DNA from: a virus
Lineage: Duplodnaviria > Caudoviricetes
DNA length: 63,974 nucleotides
Direction: 5' to 3' (one strand)
Virus record (IMG/VR): IMGVR_UViG_3300036785_000518
Location: 1-63,974 of that record
Each line of letters starts with the position of its first letter. The first letter of the stretch is position 1. Of the stretch, positions 1-9,181 are shown in pieces. The translations under genes and the position numbers were made by a program. The notes below the pieces were generated by a model. That model was not told the DNA's origin and ran no database searches. It saw only the letters and a program-made list of their open reading frames with translations.

Positions 1-61
1 CGAGAGCCATGGCGAGATTTATGGTAATGATTTTTCTGGACATGGTGACCGGGTCCATCGG

Positions 62-670
62 TTGCTGCGTCAATTCCCGGTCATTTCGGCCAGAAGTGAC
101 CGGGGCGCTTTTGCAATGTGGTCTTGCAATGTAACCTTGTCAACAGTGCCGGATATTCTCGCGCTCGACATTGCGACCAACATGGGCTGGGCCCGCGGCC
201 CGCTGGGTGCGGACGCGCCCGAGTTCGGGACGGTGCGACTGGGCAAGAAGAGCGCCAGCAACCCCTATCGCTTTGCCGCCGCGCTGCGCTGGACGGTCGA
301 GGCCTTCGCCAAGGACCCGCCGGGCATCGTCGCCATCGAGTCGCCGATTTCCGTCCGGGGCTTCACCTCACAGCAGACCGCCCGACTGCTGTTCGGGATT
401 CCGGCCTGCATCATGGGCATGGCGATCGAGTGCGGCGTCTATGATCTGCGCGAGCACGACGTGCGCGACGTGCGCAACCTCTTCATCGGAAGAAAGAACC
501 TATCGACCGACGCGGCCAAGGAAGCCGTTGTGAGACGCTGCCTGCAGCTCGGTTGGCATGTCCGGGACCACAATGCCGGCGACGCCTGCGCGCTGTGGGC
601 TCACCAGTGCGCCAAAATTCGGCCAGGGCCAATACTGCAGCGTCTATCGCGGGTGGGGGTGTGCTGCTGA
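62..670 (+). CDS. RuvC-like Holliday junction resolvase (true start probably 116 or 146)
   Basis: ILALDIAT..MGW, AIESP and NAGDACALW match the RuvC acidic triad pattern. Confidence 0.75.
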   Translation: MLRQFPVISARSDRGAFAMWSCNVTLSTVPDILALDIATNMGWARGPLGADAPEFGTVRLGKKSASNPYRFAAALRWTVEAFAKDPPGIVAIESPISVRGFTSQQTARLLFGIPACIMGMAIECGVYDLREHDVRDVRNLFIGRKNLSTDAAKEAVVRRCLQLGWHVRDHNAGDACALWAHQCAKIRPGPILQRLSRVGVCC

Positions 671-694
671 TCAACAGTCACCCAAATGACACTC

Positions 695-724
695 TTGATT
701 GTAACAGCGACTCAGGCATAGGCT
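695..724 (+). promoter_or_regulatory. possible sigma70-like promoter TTGATT-N18-TAGGCT
   Basis: hexamers and spacing seen just after the resolvase stop, upstream of a structured region. Confidence 0.3.
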
Positions 725-886
725 GTCGCCTCGAATCCAAAGCCCCCCGCCATTTTCGAGATGACGAGGGGCTTCTTTGAGACGGGTAAATCCGACTCGA
801 AGGCCAAAGATGGGCTTCGGCCCGCCGACGATCGAGGTTTGCGGTCCTCAGATCGTCGACTTACACGACACCCTGAGTCAGTCAGG
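724..886 (+). ncRNA. candidate structured RNA or leader
   Basis: five consecutive hairpins including GGGC-TTCG-GCCC (812-823) in an intergenic gap. Confidence 0.4.
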
Positions 887-891
887 ACGCC

Positions 892-1110
892 ATGTCTTCT
901 CAACGAAATAAGCCAGATTTGTTTCCTGCGCAACACGCGCGGAATGCTGCTGCGCATATTTCGTCGCTCGCTCCCATCAAGTCACAAGCTCTAGCGCACG
1001 CCTGCCAACACGATTGGGTCGTGGTTGGCAGGCGTTGCTGGTGCGTGACGCCCTACGCCGATGGCGGCTGCGGCGCGTTCGAGATCGTCAAGGGAGACGC
1101 TATGAAATGA
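892..1110 (+). CDS. hypothetical protein
   Basis: ORF with GGA upstream, coupled to downstream small ORFs. Confidence 0.4.
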   Translation: MSSQRNKPDLFPAQHARNAAAHISSLAPIKSQALAHACQHDWVVVGRRCWCVTPYADGGCGAFEIVKGDAMK

Positions 1111-1245
1111 AATGGCCGACCAGGGTGACGACCCTGATCGGCCTCAAGTTTTTGTCACTGACCAACCAGAAACCCCGATGCGGCACACCCAATGCTGCAA
1201 CGAGAAGGAGGACTCTATGCCATTGATCACCGATGGAACGCAACC

Positions 1246-1370
1246 CCTCACGCGCGCGCGGGCACGCGGGTTAAAGATTCCTTCCACCCAGAAGAAGGAC
1301 TCTTTCTTCCTTCCTTCCTTTCTTTCTTTCTTAGAAGAGGAGTCTTTAGGTTGTGATAGCGCGCGCGAGG
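1246..1370. other. candidate replication origin: imperfect inverted repeat around a polypyrimidine tract
   Basis: about 40-nt arms containing (CG)n runs, 33-nt C/T-only tract at 1300-1332, directly upstream of helicase and primase. Confidence 0.4.
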
Positions 1371-1401
1371 GCCGCGTCGCATTGTCGCAGGGGAGGGTCG
1401 C

Positions 1402-4098
1402 ATGGCGCTGACCCGCGAGATGTGGCGGCACAATGCCGAGGCGATCGACGCGATGCGCGAGAGCTTCAAGGGCGGCATTCGCCGGATGGTGATCTCTGGT
1501 CCGACCGGATCGGGCAAGACGCATCTGGCGGCGGGGATCACCGACTTCGCGCTGCGCAAGGGGCGCAAGGTGGCGTTCGTGGTGCCCTACCTTTCGCTGA
1601 TCGATCAGACGGTGGAAGGCTTCTACGCCGAGGGGATCACCGAGGTGGGCGTGATCCAGGCCGACCATCACATGACGGATTGGTCCAAGCCGGTGCAGGT
1701 CTGCTCGATCCAGACCGTCGGCAGGCGGAATGCGTTTCCCGACGCCGACGTGACCGTGATCGACGAGTGCCACATCATCCACAAAACGCATCGCCACTGG
1801 ATGACGCTGCACGGCCCGAAGCGCGACGAGGCGGGCAATGTGATCTCGGGTGGTCGGGTGTTCGTTGGGCTCTCGGCGACGCCGTATGCGAAGGGGCTGG
1901 GCGATCTGTTCGAGACGCTGATCCCGACCGGCACGACGCAGGGCATGATCGACGCCGGATTTCTGTCGCCGTTCCGGGTGTTCGCGACCGGCCACCCCGA
2001 CATGCGTGGCGTGAAGACCCTGGCCGGCGATTACCACGAAGGCGAGACCGCTGAGCGCATGCAGCAGGGCACGCTGACTGCGGACATCATCGCCACCTAT
2101 CGCAAGCAGTGGGGCCGCGGCAAGACGCTGGTGTTCGCGGTCGATTGCGCTCACGCGAAGACGTTGGCGGCGCGTTTCAACGAGGCCGGGATCAAGGCCG
2201 CGTATCAAGACGCCGACACTGCCGGCTGCGATCGTCGCGAGATCAAGCGCGCGTTTCATGCGTGCGAGGTCGAGGTCGTGTGCAACGTCGGAACGCTTTG
2301 TCTTGATCAAGAAACAGAGATTTTGACGGATGCCGGATGGGTCGGCATCGGTGATATGTCCTACGAGCATTGTGTTGCGGCATGGTCAGAGGATGGGGTT
2401 GAGTTCACGCATCCATTGCACATTGTCCGCCGGCAGCGAGAATCTCACGAAACAATGGTTTCGTTGGAGGGCAGAGTTCATAATATCAGGATTACCAGCA
2501 ATCATAGGATGCTGTGGTCGAAATCACCACGCAATTTTAAGATCGTCACTGCCGAGAAACTTGTCGGGTTGAGTGGGTTTCTACCAGTGACTGGGCAGGC
2601 TGCGCCTCGTCAGTTTCAGAGGCCGCCAAGCGATGATGAACGTCTGCTACGTCATCGTCGCATAAGCATGCGATCCGCATATCGTTTGAGTGGGATGACC
2701 GCTTTACAGGCGGTTGAAGCTGAGCAGGCGCATCGTGATCACATTGAACAAAATTGCGAGCTGCGCTTGCCGCATGAATTATCTTTGGACGAGTGTTGCT
2801 TCATAGGTTTTTGGATTGGTGACGGCACGCGATCCGGTGGCCGAATTACGGTGTCGCAATCAAAGGCCTATCCAAGAATCATTGCGTGGTTTGATGCGCT
2901 TGTCGAGCGTATTGGGCTGCACGTCACAAGATCGGTTTATCCACCAGCCGCAAAATCCACACATGAAAGCATCCGCTGGAATTTTTCGACTGGTCGGGGT
3001 GGGCGAGATCAGAGGCGTCTTGGTGGGGTAGCGCCATTGTTGCCGTACATGGACAAGAGCGGGGCGGCCTTGTTGTGGGGTTTGAATGCTGAGCAGTTTG
3101 GCTCACTGCTTCATGGGTACTGGCTTGCGGACGGCAATCACGGTGAGGGCAGCGGCGAGGGACGCGGCAAGAGCATTGGTGGGAATGATCGAGGTTTATT
3201 TGACCTTTTACAAGCTGTCGGGGCTTGCCGTGGTTATCGTATCTCGGTCAGACGGGATCACAGCAAGCATCGAAAGACTCCGTTCTATTGGATGTCGTGG
3301 TTACGTCAGAGCGCCTCCAGACTTGTGCGTGAGCGTTTCAGGTTGGAGACCGATCACAAGTTCGAGCGTGTATGGTGTGTCACATCCACGACTGGAAATA
3401 TTATTACGCGCCGCAGGGGAAAGGTCGCGGTAGTTGGCAACACCACGGGCACCGACTGGGACGTGCGTTGCCTGGTGCTGGCGCGGCCGACCAAGAGCGA
3501 GATTCTGTACAAGCAGATCGTCGGCCGTGCGCTGCGCATCGCTGACGGCAAAGACCATGCGCTGATCCTCGATCACAGCGACACCACCTCGCGGCTCGGC
3601 TTCGTGACCGACATCGAGCACGACAATCTGGATTCCACCGAGCGCCGAATCAATCACGCTGAGCGCAAGAAGCCGCTGCCGAAGCTGTGCAGCAAGTGCG
3701 AGGCGCTGCTCACCAAGCTGGCCGACAAATGCTGGAATTGCGGCCACGTGTTTGCCGTGCTGTCGACGATCCAGGAAGCCGACGGTGATCTGGTTGAAGT
3801 CAGGCGTGGCGCGATCCCGAAGTTCACGAGGGGCGGCAAGCGCGAATACAGCATGGACGATAAGCGCGCGTGGTTCTCGCAGATCAAGCGGCTTCGGATC
3901 GATCGCAACAAGTCGGAAAAGTGGGCGGCTGGTACCTACAAGGCGAAGTTCGGGGTGTGGCCGAACGATCCCAGCATTCGCAATGTCGAAATCGCCGACT
4001 TTGTCGGCACCGAGGTGCGCGCGTTCGTCCAGTTCTGCAACATCCAATACGCGAAGAGGATGGAAAAAGAGCGGATGATGGGGGGCGCCAATGTCTGA
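1402..4098 (+). CDS. superfamily II DEAD/DEAH-type helicase with C-terminal Zn ribbon, interrupted by an intein
   Basis: GPTGSGKT Walker A, IDECH, GLSATP, QIVGRALR, CSKC..CWNC. Confidence 0.93.
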   Translation: MALTREMWRHNAEAIDAMRESFKGGIRRMVISGPTGSGKTHLAAGITDFALRKGRKVAFVVPYLSLIDQTVEGFYAEGITEVGVIQADHHMTDWSKPVQVCSIQTVGRRNAFPDADVTVIDECHIIHKTHRHWMTLHGPKRDEAGNVISGGRVFVGLSATPYAKGLGDLFETLIPTGTTQGMIDAGFLSPFRVFATGHPDMRGVKTLAGDYHEGETAERMQQGTLTADIIATYRKQWGRGKTLVFAVDCAHAKTLAARFNEAGIKAAYQDADTAGCDRREIKRAFHACEVEVVCNVGTLCLDQETEILTDAGWVGIGDMSYEHCVAAWSEDGVEFTHPLHIVRRQRESHETMVSLEGRVHNIRITSNHRMLWSKSPRNFKIVTAEKLVGLSGFLPVTGQAAPRQFQRPPSDDERLLRHRRISMRSAYRLSGMTALQAVEAEQAHRDHIEQNCELRLPHELSLDECCFIGFWIGDGTRSGGRITVSQSKAYPRIIAWFDALVERIGLHVTRSVYPPAAKSTHESIRWNFSTGRGGRDQRRLGGVAPLLPYMDKSGAALLWGLNAEQFGSLLHGYWLADGNHGEGSGEGRGKSIGGNDRGLFDLLQAVGACRGYRISVRRDHSKHRKTPFYWMSWLRQSASRLVRERFRLETDHKFERVWCVTSTTGNIITRRRGKVAVVGNTTGTDWDVRCLVLARPTKSEILYKQIVGRALRIADGKDHALILDHSDTTSRLGFVTDIEHDNLDSTERRINHAERKKPLPKLCSKCEALLTKLADKCWNCGHVFAVLSTIQEADGDLVEVRRGAIPKFTRGGKREYSMDDKRAWFSQIKRLRIDRNKSEKWAAGTYKAKFGVWPNDPSIRNVEIADFVGTEVRAFVQFCNIQYAKRMEKERMMGGANV
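2299..3441 (+). mobile_element. 381-aa intein with LAGLIDADG-type homing endonuclease
   Basis: starts CLDQETEILTDAGW, block B ITSNHRML, GFWIGDG and GYWLADG motifs, ends VWCV..GNIITRRRGKVAVVGN|T; removal restores NVGTL-TTGTDW; lower GC. Confidence 0.92.
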
Positions 4099-5011
4099 GA
4101 TCGGCGATCGCTGTGTCGGCCGCTGGCCGGACATTCTTATGCACCTCGGCATCGATTCGAGGTTTCTGCGCAATCGGCACGGACCGTGCCCGGTGTGCGG
4201 CGGTAAGGATCGCTACCGGTTCAGCAACAAGAACGGCTGTGGCATGTTTTTCTGCAATCAGTGCGGTGCGGGCGACGGCTTCAAGCTGATCATGCTGACA
4301 AAGCGGATCGCGTTTGCCGAGGCGGTGAGGCTGGTCGAGCCGCTGGTCGGCATGGCGCGTCGCGAGCTACCGAAATCGCCCGCGCGCACATCGCTCAACG
4401 AGCTGCGCCGGATGTGGCGAGACTCGTGGCCGGTGAAGACCGACAACACAGCCGGGCGCTACCTCATGCGCCGCTGCAAGATCGATCGCTTCCCGAAGGC
4501 GCTGCGCCACATCGATACGCTGCCCTATTGGGAAGGCGGCGAGCCGCGTTACTTTCCCGGCATGCTCGCCTGCGTCACGGCGCCGGATGATAGGGCGATC
4601 CAGCTCTATCGCACCTATCTCGCCGATCCCGATCAGAAGGCGCCAGTCGAATGTCCGCGCCGCATGATGCCTGGTGAGGTCGTCCGCGGCTCGGCGGTGC
4701 GGCTCGCCGAGCTGGACGGGGCGACGCTCGGCATTGCCGAGGGCATCGAGACCGCGCTCAGCGCGTCGCTGCTGCACCAGCTTCCGGTGTGGGCGGCGAT
4801 CGGCACGGCTGGGCTAGAGAGCTGGTGGCCTCCGGCGGGGATCGAGCGAGTGGTGATCTTCGCCGACAATGATCGCAATGGTGCAGGCGAGGCCGCCGCC
4901 TACACGCTGAAACATAGGCTACTGATCAAGGGCATCGAGGCCAAGGTGCAGTCGCCGCCCGAGGGCGATTGGAACGACTATCATCAGTCTTCGCCGGCAA
5001 AGGTGGCGTGA
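4091..5011 (+). CDS. DNA primase (Zn-binding domain plus Toprim)
   Basis: HGPCPVCGGKDRYRF..FCNQCGAGDG; IAEGIETALS; IFADND. Confidence 0.9.
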   Translation: MSEIGDRCVGRWPDILMHLGIDSRFLRNRHGPCPVCGGKDRYRFSNKNGCGMFFCNQCGAGDGFKLIMLTKRIAFAEAVRLVEPLVGMARRELPKSPARTSLNELRRMWRDSWPVKTDNTAGRYLMRRCKIDRFPKALRHIDTLPYWEGGEPRYFPGMLACVTAPDDRAIQLYRTYLADPDQKAPVECPRRMMPGEVVRGSAVRLAELDGATLGIAEGIETALSASLLHQLPVWAAIGTAGLESWWPPAGIERVVIFADNDRNGAGEAAAYTLKHRLLIKGIEAKVQSPPEGDWNDYHQSSPAKVA

Positions 5012-5205
5012 TGCATGTGCGCGAGATGCGGGACAGCGAGGGCGATTTCAGCGAGTGGGCGCCGAGCGCCAGCAGCTGCAAGCAGTGCGGCAGTGACCGG
5101 GTATCGTATCGCAGCTGGGACTCGCACTGCGGCGGCTACACCGATCTGCAGTACCGTTGCGACAGTTGCGGTCGGCAGTGGTGGATCGAAGGGCCCGACG
5201 CATGA
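5011..5205 (+). CDS. small Zn-ribbon protein
   Basis: CKQC...CDSC, coupled to primase stop. Confidence 0.55.
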   Translation: MHVREMRDSEGDFSEWAPSASSCKQCGSDRVSYRSWDSHCGGYTDLQYRCDSCGRQWWIEGPDA

Positions 5206-5432
5206 AAAAGCCTCGACGCATTCAGCGTGAGTGGCCGCGCGAGGGCGTGCGGGAATGGCGCTGGTCGAACGACGAGAGGTCGTGGACGAATTGGCAGCAG
5301 ATACCGCACGCGCAGTGCGGTTCGCTGCATGAGTGCCTGTCGGCGTGCTTCGTGCAGTCGCGCATGTGGACGGAACGGTATGGCTGGGAGATCGGGGCCG
5401 TGAGTGTCGATCGAGAGTGGATGATAAAATGA
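5202..5432 (+). CDS. hypothetical protein
   Basis: ATGA-type overlaps with both neighbours. Confidence 0.45.
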   Translation: MKKPRRIQREWPREGVREWRWSNDERSWTNWQQIPHAQCGSLHECLSACFVQSRMWTERYGWEIGAVSVDREWMIK

Positions 5433-5653
5433 AGCACAGCATCGATGCTCAGATCGAGGAAGTCGAACACGAGCTGACGCAGCGCCGGAATGTTTATGCG
5501 CGGATAGCCACTACCAAGCCATCGCAGAAGAGCGTCCTTGATATGCACGATGACCGCATGCGCGCGGTGCTTGGGACGCTGCGCTGGGTAAAGGATCATC
5601 AGGTTCAACTTCGCGAGGTTGGTCGTGTCGCCGAGGATGAGGGGGCCGCGTGA
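5429..5653 (+). CDS. hypothetical phage protein
   Basis: coupled ORF, QIEEVEHELTQRRNVY helical pattern. Confidence 0.6.
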   Translation: MKHSIDAQIEEVEHELTQRRNVYARIATTKPSQKSVLDMHDDRMRAVLGTLRWVKDHQVQLREVGRVAEDEGAA

Positions 5654-5985
5654 TGCGCCTGATCCGCAATTACAGCAGGGATGGCCGTGGCAAGTACGCT
5701 GTCCTCAAGATGCAGAAGCTACCTGACGATCCTGGCCGCCGCGCCGATGTCGATCATGCGCTGCGGCTGCTCGAAGACAACGGCATGGTCGAGTGGGGCC
5801 TGCCGCAAACGGCGGGCGAGTTCTTCGTCATCATGCTCAAGGATCAATTCTCTCAGGCTGCGCTTCGCGCCTATGTGCGCGCCGTGCTCGACGCCACCGA
5901 CAGCGACGAGACTTATGCCGACGATGTGCTTGAGCTGGCGCAGCGCGCGGGCCCGGACTCGCCGTTCTGCAAGAGGCCGGACTGA
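5650..5985 (+). CDS. hypothetical phage protein
   Basis: coupled ORF with typical codon usage. Confidence 0.6.
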   Translation: MMRLIRNYSRDGRGKYAVLKMQKLPDDPGRRADVDHALRLLEDNGMVEWGLPQTAGEFFVIMLKDQFSQAALRAYVRAVLDATDSDETYADDVLELAQRAGPDSPFCKRPD

Positions 5986-6239
5986 TGGGCATCGTGATCC
6001 ATACAGTCGACGACAACAAGGTCTATCCGCGCGCCAGCGTGATCACGATCACCTGCGATCGTTGCGGTGCCGAGATCAGTGGCCAGGAATCCTATCCGAC
6101 ATTCATGACTCGCGCTGTGAAGGCCGGGTGGACCGAGCGCCGACTACCCGACGGCGAGCGGCAATTTCTTTGTCCGCGTTGCAAGAAAAAAGGAAGGCAC
6201 ACCCATGTCGTATCTCAATCGCGTTTGTCTGATCGGTAA
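5985..6239 (+). CDS. Zn-finger hypothetical protein
   Basis: CDRC...GW...CPRC. Confidence 0.55.
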   Translation: MGIVIHTVDDNKVYPRASVITITCDRCGAEISGQESYPTFMTRAVKAGWTERRLPDGERQFLCPRCKKKGRHTHVVSQSRLSDR

Positions 6240-6765
6240 TCTAGGTGCTGATCCCGAGGTGAGGCACACACAAGCTGGTGCCATGATCGTCAACATGCGC
6301 ATAGCAACTACCGAAAAATGGAACGATAAAAACAGCGGCGAAAAACGCGAGAGGACCGAGTGGCACCAGATCGTCATCTTCAGCGAAGGTCTTGGCAAGG
6401 TCGTCGAGCGCTACCTGCGCAAAGGGTCCAAGGTCTACGTCGAAGGCAAGCTGCAGACCGAAAAGTGGACCGACAAGAACAACGTCGACCGCTACACCAC
6501 TAAGGTCATAATGGACGGCTATCAGGGCAGGCTGGTGATGCTCGGCGAGGGGAAGGGTGGTGGCCGTGAAGGTGACTACGGTCACGACGATGAGCGGCCG
6601 GCGAAGCAGGTCGATCGTGGCGGCAACGGCGCCGCCAATGGCAACGGCAGCTATGGCGAGCACCGCGGCGGCGGCGGAAGATCGTCACTGCAAGACGAAC
6701 TCAACGACGACATACCCTTTGCTTATCCGCTGCAATTTCAGCGCGTGAGAATCCAAGATGCCTGA
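6205..6765 (+). CDS. ssb: single-stranded DNA-binding protein
   Basis: LNRVCLIGNLGADPEVR, ERTEWH, YLRKGSKVYVEGKL, LNDDIPF. Confidence 0.96.
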   Translation: MSYLNRVCLIGNLGADPEVRHTQAGAMIVNMRIATTEKWNDKNSGEKRERTEWHQIVIFSEGLGKVVERYLRKGSKVYVEGKLQTEKWTDKNNVDRYTTKVIMDGYQGRLVMLGEGKGGGREGDYGHDDERPAKQVDRGGNGAANGNGSYGEHRGGGGRSSLQDELNDDIPFAYPLQFQRVRIQDA

Positions 6766-6946
6766 GAAATACCAGGAACGCATTGCGACGCCGTCGCTCG
6801 ATCGCGCCAAGGTCGACGAGTGGGTGACCAGGCGGCGCATCGCCGAGCGCATGAACATGGCCAAGCGCGCCAAGCAGATCGAGGACGGGCTGCGCCATCT
6901 GACGCCGTCGATGGAAGAGGATATGCGCAGCAAGGGTGAGCTATGA
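6758..6946 (+). CDS. hypothetical protein
   Basis: overlap-coupled small ORF. Confidence 0.5.
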   Translation: MPEKYQERIATPSLDRAKVDEWVTRRRIAERMNMAKRAKQIEDGLRHLTPSMEEDMRSKGEL

Positions 6947-7155
6947 GCGATGATGTGCGAGCTGGCCAGGTGTGGCGTCGCAGTAAGGACGGCAAGGACT
7001 TCTTCGTGGTTGGCGTGTTCGAGCTGGTCGGTGATGTTGGTGACGTGAAGAGCGGCACCATGATGGTCGGGTTTCGCCTGCACATGTCGGCCAAAAAATT
7101 CTGGGCGTCGACGCTGGAATCTTTCCGCGTCACGATGAATGAAAGGGTGAAGTGA
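6943..7155 (+). CDS. hypothetical protein
   Basis: overlap-coupled small ORF. Confidence 0.5.
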   Translation: MSDDVRAGQVWRRSKDGKDFFVVGVFELVGDVGDVKSGTMMVGFRLHMSAKKFWASTLESFRVTMNERVK

Positions 7156-7703
7156 TGGCGCGGCTGCTTGCATCGTCGTTGGCTGGCCAGATCATCGATC
7201 CCGACTGGTCGCCGCTCGATACTGCCGAGGCACCCGAGTATGTGCCGGTCGCGTGGTATGGCTGGCACGTCGGCGTGCGGCTGATCGAGGCGTTTCGCAT
7301 CCTGGCGCGCATGCCGATGCAGTCGCCGAGCGGTCACAAGACGATCTGGCCGCTGTATCAGTACGACGTGCGGGAATACTACGCCGCGCTGGTCGGCGCC
7401 TCGGGCGAGATTGCCGAAGATTTGCAGGCGGATCGCAATCGCGTGCGGCTGCAGGCTGGCGCGGCTGACATTCAGCGAATGGAGACCGCGCTGGTATGGC
7501 CAGCGCATTTTCTCGGTACGGATCGTTTGCTGTGCGTCGTCGTCAACGAGGTTGCGTTTTTCCGTGCGCGCGGGTTTGATCTCGACCGAATCGCCCATAA
7601 GACGAAACCGCGGTGCTCGACCAATCTGTTACGGCACCGTAATCAGCATGGGCTAGACTTGATCGCCGATGGGCTTCGGCGAGAGCAAGTGCCGGTATTC
7701 TAA
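7152..7703 (+). CDS. hypothetical protein, possibly a late transcription regulator
   Basis: end of replication module; RLIEAFRILARMP and C-terminal HTH-like segment; function inferred from position. Confidence 0.5.
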   Translation: MMARLLASSLAGQIIDPDWSPLDTAEAPEYVPVAWYGWHVGVRLIEAFRILARMPMQSPSGHKTIWPLYQYDVREYYAALVGASGEIAEDLQADRNRVRLQAGAADIQRMETALVWPAHFLGTDRLLCVVVNEVAFFRARGFDLDRIAHKTKPRCSTNLLRHRNQHGLDLIADGLRREQVPVF

Positions 7704-7737
7704 GAAAACAACATGCGTGCAACACGCGGGGGAACCG

Positions 7738-7992
7738 ATGTTAGCGGCGAGAGGACTCTCACCGAAGGCATGGAACGGAAATAAGGCAGACTTTAATCTA
7801 AAGTATAAGCAGCTGCGGAAGGCGGCCGTTGCCGCCGGTCGGCCATTTCCTAATTATAAGACGGCATGCGAGCAACTGGACCTTGCGGTGCGGATTGCCA
7901 ATGAGCAAGGTGAGGTCACGGGCATTAATGAATTTTGGGACTTTGTCTTCAGACCGCCCGAAAAGGTGCCAAAGAAAGCACGTCCGAGATGA
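7738..7992 (+). CDS. hypothetical protein
   Basis: GGGGGA RBS before ATG. Confidence 0.45.
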   Translation: MLAARGLSPKAWNGNKADFNLKYKQLRKAAVAAGRPFPNYKTACEQLDLAVRIANEQGEVTGINEFWDFVFRPPEKVPKKARPR

Positions 7993-8396
7993 AAAATGGT
8001 TGACGGACGAATTTGTGCATGGTTTCTTCGCGCAGGCGCGTGCCCGTGTTAAGCCGTGCTTCGCCCTTTCCTGACAATCCTGACACATTCCGACACATTT
8101 CGTGTGTGGTGTCCGGTTGCGAGTGCACCCGCCCGGCGCCGCCTGGCCTGGACGTTTCCGAGTTCATCTGCCGCGAGCATTGGCGATTGATCCCGCGCCG
8201 GCGGCGGCGTCGCTGGGGCAGGCTCGCAGGGCACTGGCGGCGGTTTGGGCCTGTCAGGGTGCCCGGAGATAGCAAAAACGCGCCAGGGGGCTTCCGGCGG
8301 GCGTGGCGGGCTATCCGGCGGGCTGCGATCGATGCGGCAGCGGCGGATGCTGCCACTCGCCAAACCGGTGCACCGGCCGCCGTGCAACCTTAAGGA

Positions 8397-8600
8397 TCAT
8401 GTCCACCATCGCTTGAGGCAGTCGTCGCAGAATCGGGCCGAGCCACCGTCCTCTCGCCATAGGATCAGCGGCACGCAATCCCGGCCGATTCCGGCGCTGC
8501 AGTACGAGCAAAGCGCGCTGGGCGGCGCTTCGGGTGCGCTCCAAGCGACGTGATCCCAGTCGAAGCCTGGGCGCGGTTGCAGCGTTCCTTGTGTTTTCAT
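8397..8600 (-). CDS. Zn-finger hypothetical protein
   Basis: CSYC...FCDDC, last gene of leftward operon. Confidence 0.5.
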   Translation of the reverse strand: MKTQGTLQPRPGFDWDHVAWSAPEAPPSALCSYCSAGIGRDCVPLILWREDGGSARFCDDCLKRWWT

Positions 8601-8609
8601 AATAGTGCC

Positions 8610-8828
8610 TCACAACTTGTCGATCATCGATTGCAGATCGGTGTGTATATCGGCCAGCATTGCACTGGCGCGGTCGAGCGCGCCGCGCGCCGCGGTGATT
8701 AATTCGCGTATCGTGGCGTCGCGGCCATGGTCTTGTAAATCGCCGAGCAGGCTATCGAGCACCGCAATTGCGGCGTCGGCCTCGGCGAGCGTGAAGCCCA
8801 AGCGGTTGGTATGTTTGGCCATGGTCAT
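8610..8828 (-). CDS. hypothetical helical protein
   Basis: GGGAG RBS, coupled to upstream gene. Confidence 0.5.
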   Translation of the reverse strand: MTMAKHTNRLGFTLAEADAAIAVLDSLLGDLQDHGRDATIRELITAARGALDRASAMLADIHTDLQSMIDKL

Positions 8829-9181
8829 CTCCCGTTGTGCCACTCGAACGGCGGTGGGAATCCGGTTTGGCCGATGCACGGCCACTTGGCCTTGAGCGCG
8901 AGCACGATCATTCGCACCGGTGTTTCATTGCGGGCGATGCGCAGTGCATAGTCGATGGCGAAGTCGGCGATCTCGGGTGGCTGCACCTGGGGCGGGATGC
9001 AGAATTGCTGGGCCGGGATGTAGGCGTCGACCACACCAGCGATGAAGGCGACGCAGGCGATGTGACGCTCGCGTTCCTTTGCTGTGCAGTTGTTCAAGAA
9101 TTCGGGGCCGCTGATGTACAGGGCGGCCGTTGGCGCTGGCGCCATGGTCAGCGCCACCGCCAGAATGAGGGCGCGGATCAT
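8825..9181 (-). CDS. Rap1a/Tai-like T6SS amidase immunity protein, secreted
   Basis: signal peptide, SGxExLxxC, CVAFIAGVVD, FCIPP, ALKAKWPC cysteine pattern. Confidence 0.7.
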   Translation of the reverse strand: MIRALILAVALTMAPAPTAALYISGPEFLNNCTAKERERHIACVAFIAGVVDAYIPAQQFCIPPQVQPPEIADFAIDYALRIARNETPVRMIVLALKAKWPCIGQTGFPPPFEWHNGR

